DNA of 64,000 bases from Salinispira sp. (GCA_965602015.1 OZ271918.1:1376001-1440000); one strand, 5' to 3'; positions 38,331-48,569 are shown, counted from the first letter of the stretch. Notes: generated by a model from the letters alone, not told the origin. Made by a program: numbers and translations.

Positions 38331-39350
38331 ATGATTCAGGAAACATTGAATAAATTGCAGGAACTACAGGACATTCTTGCCGAAAAGTATTCGGTTGAGA
38401 GCGAACTCAAGGATATACCAAAGGCTTTGAATACAAAGCTCGAGCTTGTTAACCGACTAAAAAAATCCTATGTGGAAAAAAACGAACGGCTTGAAAGCGG
38501 TAGAACCAAGCTGGGCGAGCTGCGTATTCATATGACGGATGCGGAATCCGAACGGGAGAAGTACGAAGAGCAAATCGTGAATATCTCAACCCAGCGCGAA
38601 TACGAAGCTCTGGTCAAGGAAATCCGTGATGCCTCTGAACGGGAACAGAATTTTCGGAAAGAACTCCAGCGGGAGCAGAAGTACATTGAAGAACTGCAGC
38701 AAAATATTGAGCGTGAAGAGAGCCTGATCAAGGATCAGGAAAAAGAGCTCGAAGCCGAACAGAAAAAAATTGAAGAAGAAACAAAAAAGCGCGAGTCGCT
38801 TATGCAGGATCTGACAAAGAAAGAAGAAAAGATCACCCCCGGGATGGATGAGGAGATGGTCTTCAAGTTCAAACGGATCATCAGGTCCAAAGGCGGAAAG
38901 GGTATAGTTCCTCTGAGGCGTTCGGTATGTACCGGATGCAATATGATACTCCCCGCCCAATTTGTGAATGATGTTAAATCCGAAAGTGAAGTCCTGTTCT
39001 GCCCCTACTGCTCAATGATTCTGTATCATCAGGTTGAACCTGTTGAAGGTGAAATGGATTTCGACTTCGACGACAACTCAATGCTCTTCGAGGACGACGA
39101 AGAAATCAACGATGATTTTGAAGACGAAGATGAGGAAGATCGCGAGGACGACCTCGACGAGGATGTAGACGAAGACGAACTCGAAGATGAAGACGACGAT
39201 GACGACGAGGATGAGGACGAAGACGAGGATGACGATGACGACTTCGAAGAGGATGACTCGGATGACAGCCTCGACGACGGAATAGAAGAGCAGAGTCTGG
39301 AAGATGTCGAAGAAGATGACGATATCGACGACGACATGGATGATGAGTAA
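38331..39350 (+). CDS. Coiled-coil + C4 zinc-ribbon protein (CT398/HP0958 FlgZ family) with long acidic tail
   Basis: REYEAL.KEI, CTGCNM...FCPYCSMILY; about 100-residue D/E tail. Confidence 0.85.
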   Translation: MIQETLNKLQELQDILAEKYSVESELKDIPKALNTKLELVNRLKKSYVEKNERLESGRTKLGELRIHMTDAESEREKYEEQIVNISTQREYEALVKEIRDASEREQNFRKELQREQKYIEELQQNIEREESLIKDQEKELEAEQKKIEEETKKRESLMQDLTKKEEKITPGMDEEMVFKFKRIIRSKGGKGIVPLRRSVCTGCNMILPAQFVNDVKSESEVLFCPYCSMILYHQVEPVEGEMDFDFDDNSMLFEDDEEINDDFEDEDEEDREDDLDEDVDEDELEDEDDDDDEDEDEDEDDDDDFEEDDSDDSLDDGIEEQSLEDVEEDDDIDDDMDDE

Positions 39351-39355
39351 ATAAT

Positions 39356-39680
39356 ATGCAGGCCGGAATGCCGCTGAGCTCCGCTCAGAGGAAAGTCCGG
39401 GCCCCGCAGATGCTACCGGCTAACGGCCGGGGGCCGATTTTCGGTCACAGAAAGTGCCGCAGAAAACAAACCGCCGGCTTATCCGGTAAGGGTGAAAAGG
39501 TGGGGTAAGAGCCCACCGCGGAACGGGAAACCGGTCCGGCAGGGCAAACCTTAGCAGGGGCAAGACCAAGCAGCGGATAGACCGGATGAATATCCATTCG
39601 GTCCCGCGGGTAGGTCGCTGGAGGTCTTCGGACCCGAGATAGATGGCATTCACAACAGAACCCGGCTTACCGGCCTGCAT
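39356..39680 (+). ncRNA. rnpB: RNase P RNA (type A, compact)
   Basis: P1 ATGCAGGCCGG/CCGGCCTGCAT, GAGGAAAGTCCGGG, GGTAAGGGTGAAA, ACAGAACCCGGCTTA. Confidence 0.97.
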
Positions 39681-39687
39681 CTTTACA

Positions 39688-39716
39688 TTGACACGCGAAA
39701 ACCCAATCTTTACTAT
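39688..39716 (+). promoter_or_regulatory. sigma70 promoter of the TPR-mre operon
   Basis: TTGACA-N17-TACTAT ending 10 nt before ATG 39727. Confidence 0.6.
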
Positions 39717-39726
39717 TTGAGAATAT

Positions 39727-40665
39727 ATGCGATCAAGACAGCGCGGTTTTTCCCTCTCACGAAGACGGACAGTTCAACAAACAGTACTACCGTTGGCCCT
39801 CTTGCTCATAGCCGGAACTATCGCGATTTACCTTATCCTGAGAAGCACTTCACAGATCATTCCCGATGATGACAGTGCGAGAATCATCCAAGCATGGGAG
39901 TCAGGCGACTATCGTGAAGTGGTAGAACTCAGCGATTCCGCATTGGAAACTCAACCCCTGGATCCCATGTTGCTCCTGTATAACGGAGTCTCCAATTTCT
40001 ACCACGGGGTTACCCTGGTAAATCATGATGAGCGCCAGAGCGCGCTTAACTCAGCACTCTTCAGCCTTAAGAAGCTATTGCATTCACCGCCGCCGGGTTA
40101 TGAAGATGAAATTCGCTACGTTCTTGGCAAGGTATATTTTCACAAAGGCAGTTTTTACTACGATAATGCTGAAAAGTATCTGCAGGCTGTGCTTGATTCG
40201 GGTTTTGAAGCCGATGATATTCATGAATATCTCGGAGTTATCTACATCGATTTTGGTTTCGGTGAGCGGGGCATTGAATATATCCTTCGGGCCATTGAAA
40301 CAGAACCCAGGGATATTCTCTTCTACACTGCAGCCCGGGAATATGAGCGACTCGGGGACTACCAGAGGGCCCTGACATTCTATAATGAAGCTCAGGATAT
40401 GACCGATGACAGTTTTCTGTCGCAGGAAATCAGTATAGGGCAGGGACGGATTTTATTTAAAACCGACCGTCTTGCCGATGCCGCCCAGATTTTTAGTGAT
40501 GTAATTGTGGCCAACGACCAGGCAGCGGAGGCGTTTTTTTATCTTGGTGAAATCTTCCTCGAGCAGGGCGATCTGGTCAAAGCCCGGGCAAATTGGCGAA
40601 ATGCGTATAACCAGGACAGGACATTCACTCCCGCTCTGGAGAGATTAGAATCACAAAATCTATAA
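39727..40665 (+). CDS. Membrane-anchored TPR protein
   Basis: N-terminal TM and TPR repeats (YVLGKVYFHKG, AFFYLGEIF). Confidence 0.85.
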   Translation: MRSRQRGFSLSRRRTVQQTVLPLALLLIAGTIAIYLILRSTSQIIPDDDSARIIQAWESGDYREVVELSDSALETQPLDPMLLLYNGVSNFYHGVTLVNHDERQSALNSALFSLKKLLHSPPPGYEDEIRYVLGKVYFHKGSFYYDNAEKYLQAVLDSGFEADDIHEYLGVIYIDFGFGERGIEYILRAIETEPRDILFYTAAREYERLGDYQRALTFYNEAQDMTDDSFLSQEISIGQGRILFKTDRLADAAQIFSDVIVANDQAAEAFFYLGEIFLEQGDLVKARANWRNAYNQDRTFTPALERLESQNL

Positions 40666-40716
40666 ACACAGAGAAGGGTTTTGTGATACAATCAGCCCAA
40701 CTCTCGGGAGGGATTT

Positions 40717-41751
40717 ATGGGGATTTTTAACGGATTTGCAAACGATATAGGAATAGATCTCGGAACCTGCAACACCCTGGTTTACGTTCAGGGAAAAGGA
40801 ATTGTTGCCAATGAGCCTTCGGTTGTGGCTGTCGAACGGGGTACCAAAAAGGTTGTAGCCGTTGGCGCCGATGCGAAAAGAATGCTCTGGAAAACCCCCG
40901 GGGACATCATCGCCATCCGCCCGCTTCGCGACGGAGTTATCGCCGACCTGGAAACCACCGAGAAAATGATCCGGTATTTTATCACCAAGGTGCTTCCCCG
41001 CAGGCTCTTCGTCAAACCCCGGATGGTAATCGGCGTTCCCAGCTGCATAACCGAGGTGGAAAAGCGCGCAGTTGAGGAATCGGCCTTGAAGGCCGGAGCC
41101 CGAGAAGTTGAGGTCATTCATGAAAGCCTCGCTGCGGCCATCGGCGCGAATATTCCGATACACGAGCCCGCCGGGCATATGATCGTTGACATCGGCGGCG
41201 GAACCAGCGAGATTTCAGTGATATCCCTCAACGGTATGGTCGTAACCAATGCTATCCGTCTCGGGGGAGATGAGTTTGATGAAGCTATTATTAAGTATGT
41301 CCGCCAAACTCACAATTTAATAATAGGGGAAAAAACCGCCGAAGATCTCAAGGTCAATATCGGCAATGCAACCCCCGACAAAACCATCGATAAAATGGAA
41401 ATCAAAGGTACTGATGCCATAACCGGTCTGCCCAGGCGTCTTGAGATTGATTCGGTTGAGGTGCGAGAGGCCCTTCAGGAACCGATTAATTCCATAATTG
41501 AAGAAATCAAAAAGACTTTGGGTCAAACGCCCCCGGAACTGGCTGCTGATATTGTAGAACGGGGCATCGTCATGACCGGGGGAGGCAGTCTCCTTAAGGG
41601 GCTCGATACCCTTATATCAAATGAGACCGGCGTCCCGGCCTTTCGTGCCGAGCAGCCCTTAAACTGCGTGGCCATAGGCGCAGGCATGTATTATCAGATA
41701 CAACAACAAAGCGCGAAGGACAGCACACACTACTCTTCGATTAATGCGTAA
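40717..41751 (+). CDS. mreB: Rod shape-determining protein MreB
   Basis: [31 protein letters not shown]. Confidence 0.97.
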   Translation: MGIFNGFANDIGIDLGTCNTLVYVQGKGIVANEPSVVAVERGTKKVVAVGADAKRMLWKTPGDIIAIRPLRDGVIADLETTEKMIRYFITKVLPRRLFVKPRMVIGVPSCITEVEKRAVEESALKAGAREVEVIHESLAAAIGANIPIHEPAGHMIVDIGGGTSEISVISLNGMVVTNAIRLGGDEFDEAIIKYVRQTHNLIIGEKTAEDLKVNIGNATPDKTIDKMEIKGTDAITGLPRRLEIDSVEVREALQEPINSIIEEIKKTLGQTPPELAADIVERGIVMTGGGSLLKGLDTLISNETGVPAFRAEQPLNCVAIGAGMYYQIQQQSAKDSTHYSSINA

Positions 41752-41768
41752 TATCTAAGGGTTTTTTA

Positions 41769-42692
41769 ATGGATCTTCGAAGCTTAGGCAAACAACACCG
41801 TGACAGCATTGTGTTCGGCCTCATTCTCATTGGTTCTCTTGGGTCGTTGATGATTCAAAGCAGCCGCTTCACCTCAGTCCCGGAGCAGGTGGGAATGACG
41901 GTGGCCGGAGCAATCGAAGGCGCTCTTATCGGGACCCGGGACTTTGTCACCAACACCATCAGGTCTGTTTCGGAACTCCGCGATCTCAGACGTGAATATG
42001 ACGTGCTTCTTGAAAAACTCGACGAGAGCCAACAACAGTTTCAGTCAATGGAAGCGCTCCAACATGAAAACCGCATACTTCGTGAAGCATTGGCTTATTC
42101 AGAAAATTCTGATTTCACAAGTATTCCCGCAAAAATTATCGGCAAGGATCCCGGAGTCATTTTTACCTCCCTGATGATAAACAAGGGCAGGCGTAACGGC
42201 ATTCGCGAGGGGATGACGGTTGTTGCCTATCAGGACGGTCAACAGGGGCTTGTGGGACGGATTATCGAAGCCGGTCCGATCACCTCGCTTGTTCGTCCAT
42301 TGGTCGATCCAATGTCCTATGTTGCAGCCAGGTTGAGCAGAACGCGATACGAAGGGCTTCTTCGAGGTTTGGGAAGCGGAAGCGAAACCCTCATTATGGA
42401 ATACCTTGACCGGGAATCCAGAAACCAGATCAACGTCGGGGACGAGATTATAACTTCCGGATTAAATTCTGCATATCCCGTTAATCTCCGGATAGGACGG
42501 GTGACCGGTATTCTCGGAACCTCCTATGAGACCTCCCTTCAGCTTGAAATACTGCCTTTTATCAGCTTCACAAGGCTCGAACAGGTTTTTGTTCTGCAGA
42601 GGACCGGGCCCGCAGAGTTACAGCCCGTCTCTCCAGCTGATAATGCGCCGTTATTCATCCCGGGGCCCCAGGCGGCGGAGGACGAAGAGTAA
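41769..42692 (+). CDS. mreC: Rod shape-determining protein MreC
   Basis: TM, coiled coil ENRILREAL, INKG, GLVGRI, ITSGL..YP...IG.V. Confidence 0.94.
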   Translation: MDLRSLGKQHRDSIVFGLILIGSLGSLMIQSSRFTSVPEQVGMTVAGAIEGALIGTRDFVTNTIRSVSELRDLRREYDVLLEKLDESQQQFQSMEALQHENRILREALAYSENSDFTSIPAKIIGKDPGVIFTSLMINKGRRNGIREGMTVVAYQDGQQGLVGRIIEAGPITSLVRPLVDPMSYVAARLSRTRYEGLLRGLGSGSETLIMEYLDRESRNQINVGDEIITSGLNSAYPVNLRIGRVTGILGTSYETSLQLEILPFISFTRLEQVFVLQRTGPAELQPVSPADNAPLFIPGPQAAEDEE

Positions 42693-43201
42693 TGTGGTTT
42701 ATTCTCCCCTTGGTTCTTCCCAGCGCGTTTATTTATGTAATCAGCGGTCCTGTTCAGGTTCTATCGGTCTATGGAGCCCTGCCCGAGCTTACCATAATTT
42801 CTCTGTTGTACTACGGCAATAGCAGGGGCAAAATGCCGGGGCAGATATCAGGCTTATTCGCCGGCTTAACCTTGGATTTCCTGAGCGCTGCACCGCTTGG
42901 CTTTTTTGCCTTTGTTTTCACCCTGATCGGGTTTCTTGCAGGCTCGACAAAGGGCAAGGTGTACGTGGATCCTATTTTTACCCCATTGTTAATGATCGCT
43001 GCCGGTTTGTTGATCAAAGGGCTAGTGGTATTTATTCTCAGCGGCATCTTTCTCTACCCGGAAGTTCGAACGGAGGTTTTTGGTAGCCGTTTTCTAATAC
43101 AGTTCGCCTATACCATGGTTTTGGGCCCCCTTTTCTTCGCTTTGTTTTCTTTTCTTGATAAACTGTTCCCAAGGAAACGCCGCGGAGGATATCAGGATTA
43201 G
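42692..43201 (+). CDS. mreD: Rod shape-determining protein MreD
   Basis: Polytopic membrane protein, GLTLDFLS..PLG, operon position. Confidence 0.9.
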   Translation: MWFILPLVLPSAFIYVISGPVQVLSVYGALPELTIISLLYYGNSRGKMPGQISGLFAGLTLDFLSAAPLGFFAFVFTLIGFLAGSTKGKVYVDPIFTPLLMIAAGLLIKGLVVFILSGIFLYPEVRTEVFGSRFLIQFAYTMVLGPLFFALFSFLDKLFPRKRRGGYQD

Positions 43202-43204
43202 GAA

Positions 43205-45097
43205 ATGACCGGATCAAATAATTCAGGATTAAGCAGAGAAAGCATCATATTTTTGTCCGTATTTATGATCGCGGTGTTTACCGTATACATCGTCAGGCTT
43301 TTTTCCCTGCAGATTGTCGACAATTACATTTATCGGGAACAAGCTGATGAAGTATCCCGCCGATCGGAGATTATTCCCACCCGGCGCGGGGAGATATACG
43401 ACAGAAATTTCGATCAGCCACTTGTCACAAATATTGATACCTTTGCCGTTATGCTCGATCTCTCGGCAGTTCCGGCGGATGGGCTTCAGGACCTTATAGA
43501 ACGCCTCTCCGAAACCCTTGGCACGGAATCAGAGTATTTGTGGTCGAGAATACCAGTGCGACGGAACCAGAGCTTTGCTGATTATGAGATATGGAGCGGG
43601 GCAAGCTATCAGCAGATCGCTTCCATTGCCCAGGAAATCGACGATTACCCTGGCGTGAGATGGGAACCCCGGGCAACCCGGTTTTACACCAACGGAGCGC
43701 TGCTTTCTCATGTCCTGGGCTATACTGGAGAGATAACTTCAGAAGAGCTGCAGATTCTTTACAATCAAGGCTATGCAGGAGCCCGGGACATTGGGAAAAG
43801 CGGTGTCGAACGGCAATACGACACCATCCTCCGCGGTGAGGATGGATTGCGTTTTGGCAGGGTCGACGCCAGAGGTCGACGGATTTATGACCTGGAGGAC
43901 TCCCCGCCGACCCTTGGTCAAAGTATTGTGCTTACCATCGACCGTCATATTCAGAAGCTTGTGGAAGAGTCACTCGGTCCTCGCAACGGCGCAGCCCTTG
44001 TTCTCGATCCATCCAATGGAGAAATAGTTGCCATGGCGAGCTACCCAGATTACGATCCGAATTTGTTTTATTCTCCCGAAGCGGTTCCGCGGGTCGAACA
44101 ACTTAACAGCGACCCCAGAGCGCCCCTCTTAAATCGGGTAATACAGGCCTCTGGCAGCCCTGCTTCAACGTTTAAGACTCTCCTGACTGCAGCAGTACTT
44201 CAGGAAGGGGTCATCGACCCCAATGAAGAAATCTTTTGTCCCGGTTATGTACAGGTGGGAGATAGAATCTTCCGATGTCATAACCTTGATGGGCATGGAA
44301 ATCTTGATCTATACGGCGCCATGGCCGAATCCTGCAATGTCTATTTTTACACTGTGGGAAGGGAATACCTGGGGGTTCAAGCCATTGTGGACTACTCCCT
44401 GAATTTTGGATTTGGCGATATTTCGGGTATCGATCTACCGGGAGAGGTGAGGGGACTCTTGCCTGATCCCGAGTGGAAGGAGCGGAACGTCGGGGTACCC
44501 TGGGTCGGCGGAGACACGGTGAATATGTCCATTGGACAGGGATACCTTGCTGTGACGCCCCTGCAGATGGCAAATATGGTGGCGGCAATCGTCAATGACG
44601 GCATTGTATATCAGCCGCATGTGCTGAAGGAGGTCCGGGATCAATCGACCCTCGAACTTATATCCAGGACCGAACCTCGGGTATTGAGGGATTTGGGGCT
44701 GAAGCCGGATGTATTCGAGGAAGTACGGGAAGCCATGCGGCAAGTCATAACCGACGGGACCGCCGAGGTCGTTATCACAACACCCTCCACCCGTGTCGCC
44801 GGAAAAACCGGGACCGGACAAAGCGGTGACGAGGAACGAAAACATTCCTGGTTTATCGCCTACGCGCCTCATGATCCGCTGCCCGGCGAAAATCAATACG
44901 TCGTAGTAATTTGGGTCGATGCGACGAATGAGTGGGAGTGGTGGGCGCCGAAGGCCGCGAACCTGATAATACATGGAATTGTAAATAACCTCAGCTTTGC
45001 GGAAACCGTGGAAGACCTGCAGCCCCTGTGGTATTTTTCCCGTTCACAACTTCGGGAGTATCTCGAGGAAATAAACGCGGAGAGCATAGAGCGATGA
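43205..45097 (+). CDS. mrdA: Penicillin-binding protein 2
   Basis: RGEIYDRN; transpeptidase motifs STFK, SCN, KTGT. Confidence 0.94.
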   Translation: MTGSNNSGLSRESIIFLSVFMIAVFTVYIVRLFSLQIVDNYIYREQADEVSRRSEIIPTRRGEIYDRNFDQPLVTNIDTFAVMLDLSAVPADGLQDLIERLSETLGTESEYLWSRIPVRRNQSFADYEIWSGASYQQIASIAQEIDDYPGVRWEPRATRFYTNGALLSHVLGYTGEITSEELQILYNQGYAGARDIGKSGVERQYDTILRGEDGLRFGRVDARGRRIYDLEDSPPTLGQSIVLTIDRHIQKLVEESLGPRNGAALVLDPSNGEIVAMASYPDYDPNLFYSPEAVPRVEQLNSDPRAPLLNRVIQASGSPASTFKTLLTAAVLQEGVIDPNEEIFCPGYVQVGDRIFRCHNLDGHGNLDLYGAMAESCNVYFYTVGREYLGVQAIVDYSLNFGFGDISGIDLPGEVRGLLPDPEWKERNVGVPWVGGDTVNMSIGQGYLAVTPLQMANMVAAIVNDGIVYQPHVLKEVRDQSTLELISRTEPRVLRDLGLKPDVFEEVREAMRQVITDGTAEVVITTPSTRVAGKTGTGQSGDEERKHSWFIAYAPHDPLPGENQYVVVIWVDATNEWEWWAPKAANLIIHGIVNNLSFAETVEDLQPLWYFSRSQLREYLEEINAESIER

Positions 45098-46407
45098 ACA
45101 GTCCGGCACGAATCAACTTTGACTATCCGATTCTCATCTCCACAGTTTCACTCATTGTCATCGGAATTCTGTTTATCTTTTCCTCAGGCATAAATGCAGA
45201 AGGCATTCAAACAAGCAACGAATACCTCAGACAGCTCATTTTTGCTTCAATCGGAGTGGCGCTGCTAATTGGCGTATCGATGGTAAAATATGATTACTAT
45301 CGCGAGTTCGCCGTCTATATTTATCTTGGATTTCTCGCCCTGATAGTCTTTACCCTGTTATTCGGATCGGTGATTAATGGTGCCAGAAGTTGGATCGGAT
45401 TGGGACCCTTCGGCATTCAGCCTTCGGAGTTCATGAAATTGGCTGTTATTCTGGTTTTGGCGCATTACCTTGATAAGACCGATGGAAGGCAAATCCGCAG
45501 TCTTCGAAGCTTTCTTATTGCCTTGTTGATCATTGCCCTGCCGATGGGATTAATACTATTGCAGCCTGATTTGGGCACCGCAATGGTGTACCTGCCAATA
45601 GCCCTGTTCCTCCTTTTTGCGGCGGGAGCCAGACCCTTGTATCTCATGTTTGTAATTGGCGTTCTGCTTTTGACCATCTTCTTTACGGTTCTGCCTGAGT
45701 GGGAAATACTCATCTATCAGGGCGATATTGATTTTTTCGTGATCTTTAATGAACGCTTTTATATAATCCTTGTCTTGGTATCCCTGGCACTGAGTTTTAC
45801 CATAGCCCTGGTCGGCTACCTCATCTTGAAGCAAGCGTATCTGTTTTATACCGCATATGCATTCTTTATGATAATTACCGCCTTTTTACTGGCCCTCGGT
45901 GCCCGTTGGTTTCTCAGGGATTTCCAGATGATGAGGCTCATCGTGTTTCTCGATCCCTATGTCGACCCTAGGGGTGCAGGCTGGAATGTAATCCAATCCC
46001 TCACCGCCGTAGGTTCCGGAGGTTTCAGTGGTATGGGGTACCTGCGGGGAACTCAAAGCCATTATCAATACCTGCCGGAACAGAGCACGGATTTTATTTT
46101 TTCTATTCTGTCCGAAGAATGGGGGTTCATCGGCGGAATTGCTATCGCCGCACTGTACCTCGTAATTATTATCAGAGGAATGCTAATCGCGAATCAGGCC
46201 AGGGATAAGTACGGAGCGTACCTGTCATTGGGCGTGGTCGCATTGTTATTTTTTCATTTCACCATTAACGTCGGCATGACCATCGGGCTTATGCCCATAA
46301 CGGGGATTCCATTGCTCTTTCTCTCTTACGGAGGGTCAAGTCTTTGGACCGCCATGATTTCAGTGGGAGTCCTCATGTCTGTGAGCCATCACCGTTTTAA
46401 GTATTAG
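45094..46407 (+). CDS. rodA: Peptidoglycan glycosyltransferase RodA
   Basis: GARSW, QPSEFMK, QPDLGT, YLPEQSTDFIF, PITGIPL.FLSYGGSS; start at ATG 45094. Confidence 0.95.
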   Translation: MNSPARINFDYPILISTVSLIVIGILFIFSSGINAEGIQTSNEYLRQLIFASIGVALLIGVSMVKYDYYREFAVYIYLGFLALIVFTLLFGSVINGARSWIGLGPFGIQPSEFMKLAVILVLAHYLDKTDGRQIRSLRSFLIALLIIALPMGLILLQPDLGTAMVYLPIALFLLFAAGARPLYLMFVIGVLLLTIFFTVLPEWEILIYQGDIDFFVIFNERFYIILVLVSLALSFTIALVGYLILKQAYLFYTAYAFFMIITAFLLALGARWFLRDFQMMRLIVFLDPYVDPRGAGWNVIQSLTAVGSGGFSGMGYLRGTQSHYQYLPEQSTDFIFSILSEEWGFIGGIAIAALYLVIIIRGMLIANQARDKYGAYLSLGVVALLFFHFTINVGMTIGLMPITGIPLLFLSYGGSSLWTAMISVGVLMSVSHHRFKY

Positions 46408-46411
46408 TGCG

Positions 46412-46433
46412 GTGCCCCGAAAACAGCTGATTT
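46412..46433 (+). repeat. Orphan copy of the IS terminal inverted repeat
   Basis: GTGCCCCGAAAACAGCTGATTT is 21/22 identical to the reverse complement of the IS right end. Confidence 0.75.
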
Positions 46434-46465
46434 AAACCCGTTGATGAGGGGAGGGTGATATCGTT

Positions 46466-47323
46466 TTACTCGTCATCCTTGGCTTCAAGCCAAAAGCGCT
46501 CCATCTCATCGAGATGCTTTTCGGACATCTCAAGACCCTGACTTTCCATCTGTTCCTCAACATAGCTAAAACGTCGGTAAAATTTACTGTTTGTCCTGGA
46601 AAGGGCGTCATTGGGATGGATACCGGTTTTCCTGCTGAGATTTATACAGGAAAAAATCAAATCGCCGATTTCAGCTTCCAAATTTTCACTAAATTGCTCG
46701 TCGAGATTTCCGCCGAGTTCAAGACCTGACTCTTCAACTCTGATTATTACATCTTCAACTTCATCGAGTTCTTCCCGGATCTTTTCTATCACGCCCCGGT
46801 AATCCCGCCAGTCAAACCCGTTTTTTGCGGCCTTCTTTTGAAGTTTATAGGCCCTGTCGGTAACCGGAAGGTGTTTTGGCACCGAGTCGAGAACTGAGTT
46901 AGATTCACCTCGGCCCTCGTTTACCGCCTTAATCTTATCCCACTGAATAAGGACGTCTTCGGCGTTGTCAATTTCTACTTCTCCAAACACGTGGGGATGG
47001 CGCCTGATAAGCTTATCACCGAGCTTGTGAATCAGATCCTGCACGCTAAACTTATCATCCTGCTCCTCAATGTAGGAGATAAGCATGGTAACCAGCAGAA
47101 CATCTCCGAGTTCTTCGCGAATGTGTGAAGGGTCGCCGGAATTGATGGCTTCTACCGCTTCATGAGATTCCTCGAGCAGGGCGTTCCGCAGCGTCAGCGC
47201 GGTTTGCTCAATATCCCAGGGACAGCCATTAGGACCCCGCAGGGATCGAATGATGTTATATAGATGAGAAAAGCTCTCACCGGTACTTCGGCTTTTCTCA
47301 TCGTCCTTGTGAAGGTTCTTCAT
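46466..47323 (-). CDS. mazG: Nucleoside triphosphate pyrophosphohydrolase MazG
   Basis: LRGPNGCPWD, EELGDVL, KLIRRHPHVF, GFDW, EIGDLIF, KFYRRF. Confidence 0.95.
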   Translation of the reverse strand: MKNLHKDDEKSRSTGESFSHLYNIIRSLRGPNGCPWDIEQTALTLRNALLEESHEAVEAINSGDPSHIREELGDVLLVTMLISYIEEQDDKFSVQDLIHKLGDKLIRRHPHVFGEVEIDNAEDVLIQWDKIKAVNEGRGESNSVLDSVPKHLPVTDRAYKLQKKAAKNGFDWRDYRGVIEKIREELDEVEDVIIRVEESGLELGGNLDEQFSENLEAEIGDLIFSCINLSRKTGIHPNDALSRTNSKFYRRFSYVEEQMESQGLEMSEKHLDEMERFWLEAKDDE

Positions 47324-47799
47324 GGTTGGCTGCCTCCCAGCATTGTGATTATTGCCATTGTACGAAATTACCCGGCTGTTTGGAATACCTGTTTACCCAG
47401 GCAGGCAAGTGCGAGCAAAACAAGTAGACAGAATATATATTATACGAACAAAAATATAGCAGCCCATAGTAAATCCACATTGCCAAGGTCCTGTCTACTG
47501 AGATCTAACAATTAATCTCTCTCAGGCAGATGTCTGATAAAAAAATACCCGGACACAAACACAGCGGAGAAAACTAGCGTAGTTACCAACTGTATAAGAA
47601 ATCTCACTGCTCGCGAAAAATCAGCCATCGGCAATAATGAAATTAGTATAAGACCAATAGAAGCCCCGACAATCGATATGGTAAAGACAAGGGTCTTCCG
47701 TGCAAGACCCTGATTGCTTTTAACAATCATCAAGGCAAGCACAGTTATGGTTACTGAGCTGAAAACTACAGTAAAAGCATTAATCATGTAAAACAGCAA
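47320..47799 (-). pseudogene. Membrane protein gene; intact ORF 47799-47512, probably truncated by in-frame stops
   Basis: SD AAGGGG + TTG start, 95 hydrophobic aa. The same frame continues hydrophobic through three TAA codons to a TGA overlapping the mazG ATG; the region is AT-rich. Confidence 0.45.
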
Positions 47800-47840
47800 A
47801 TAATAACCCCTTATTGTGCACAGTCAGGCCCTTGAGCAGA

Positions 47841-48569
47841 TTATGGCGATGTGAGTAAAAACACATTGGAAGGAGTCAAAAAACCCGGCTTGGAGTATTG
47901 GGCTCCTTCCCCAAATGAGCCCCTATACCCGAAGACGACTATTGAGAGCTCTAGATCATCACCTGAAGCAAAACTATCTGGAACATCGTCATCACCCGCC
48001 TGATACTCATCTATCAAGTACTCAAAGCCCCGGTCGGACCCCGCACCGAGATTGCGCTGCAAAACCCTGCTACCGATGAGACTGCCGCCAGCTCCGGTAA
48101 AATTGATTGTCATATCAGAAATAGTATCGAACTGAATCGATACGCCGAAACTTGCGCTGCTGCTTATGCCGTTCCCAAGCTGTGAATCGCTAAACAGCGT
48201 AGGAAAATCTGCAAAAGAGATGGTTGGAACACTCGCGCCGTCACCCTGAACAGAAATAGTCCGATAGCCGCGCCTAATCAAATCGCTGTGCGCCTGCTGC
48301 CCGTTTAGGTACGAACTGATCACCGGCTGTTCAACACTGTATGTTGCTCCGCTGTCGGACTGATTATAGATTTTGTACAGAACCAGCAGACCCTGTGTCT
48401 CTTCCAGACTGGTGGGCTCGACATTAACAAAAACTTCCACATCTGTTTTTGTCAGCGCGATGTTTGCCGGCGGAATGGAGAATTGCGGGATTCCGCATGC
48501 AGATAGCAATAATCCGCTGACAGCGATCACGAATACAGAAATTGCCGAGATGCCATGATTCTTAGCCAC
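47841..48569 (-). CDS. Hypothetical lipoprotein
   Basis: Lipobox LLSAC; directly downstream of the cyclase. Confidence 0.75.
   Translation of the reverse strand: MAKNHGISAISVFVIAVSGLLLSACGIPQFSIPPANIALTKTDVEVFVNVEPTSLEETQGLLVLYKIYNQSDSGATYSVEQPVISSYLNGQQAHSDLIRRGYRTISVQGDGASVPTISFADFPTLFSDSQLGNGISSSASFGVSIQFDTISDMTINFTGAGGSLIGSRVLQRNLGAGSDRGFEYLIDEYQAGDDDVPDSFASGDDLELSIVVFGYRGSFGEGAQYSKPGFLTPSNVFLLTSP

Noticed and set aside
39029..39337. Poly-Ser ORF on the minus strand
   Set aside because: Mirror of the GAN codons of the acidic tail.
46466..47323. mazG as part of an anti-phage or toxin-antitoxin system
   Set aside because: Ordinary tandem-domain housekeeping MazG; no mazEF or defence genes nearby.
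47371..47391. Possible partner IR for the orphan IS end, making mazG a cargo gene
   Set aside because: Only GCTGTTT (7 nt) matches, which is expected by chance.
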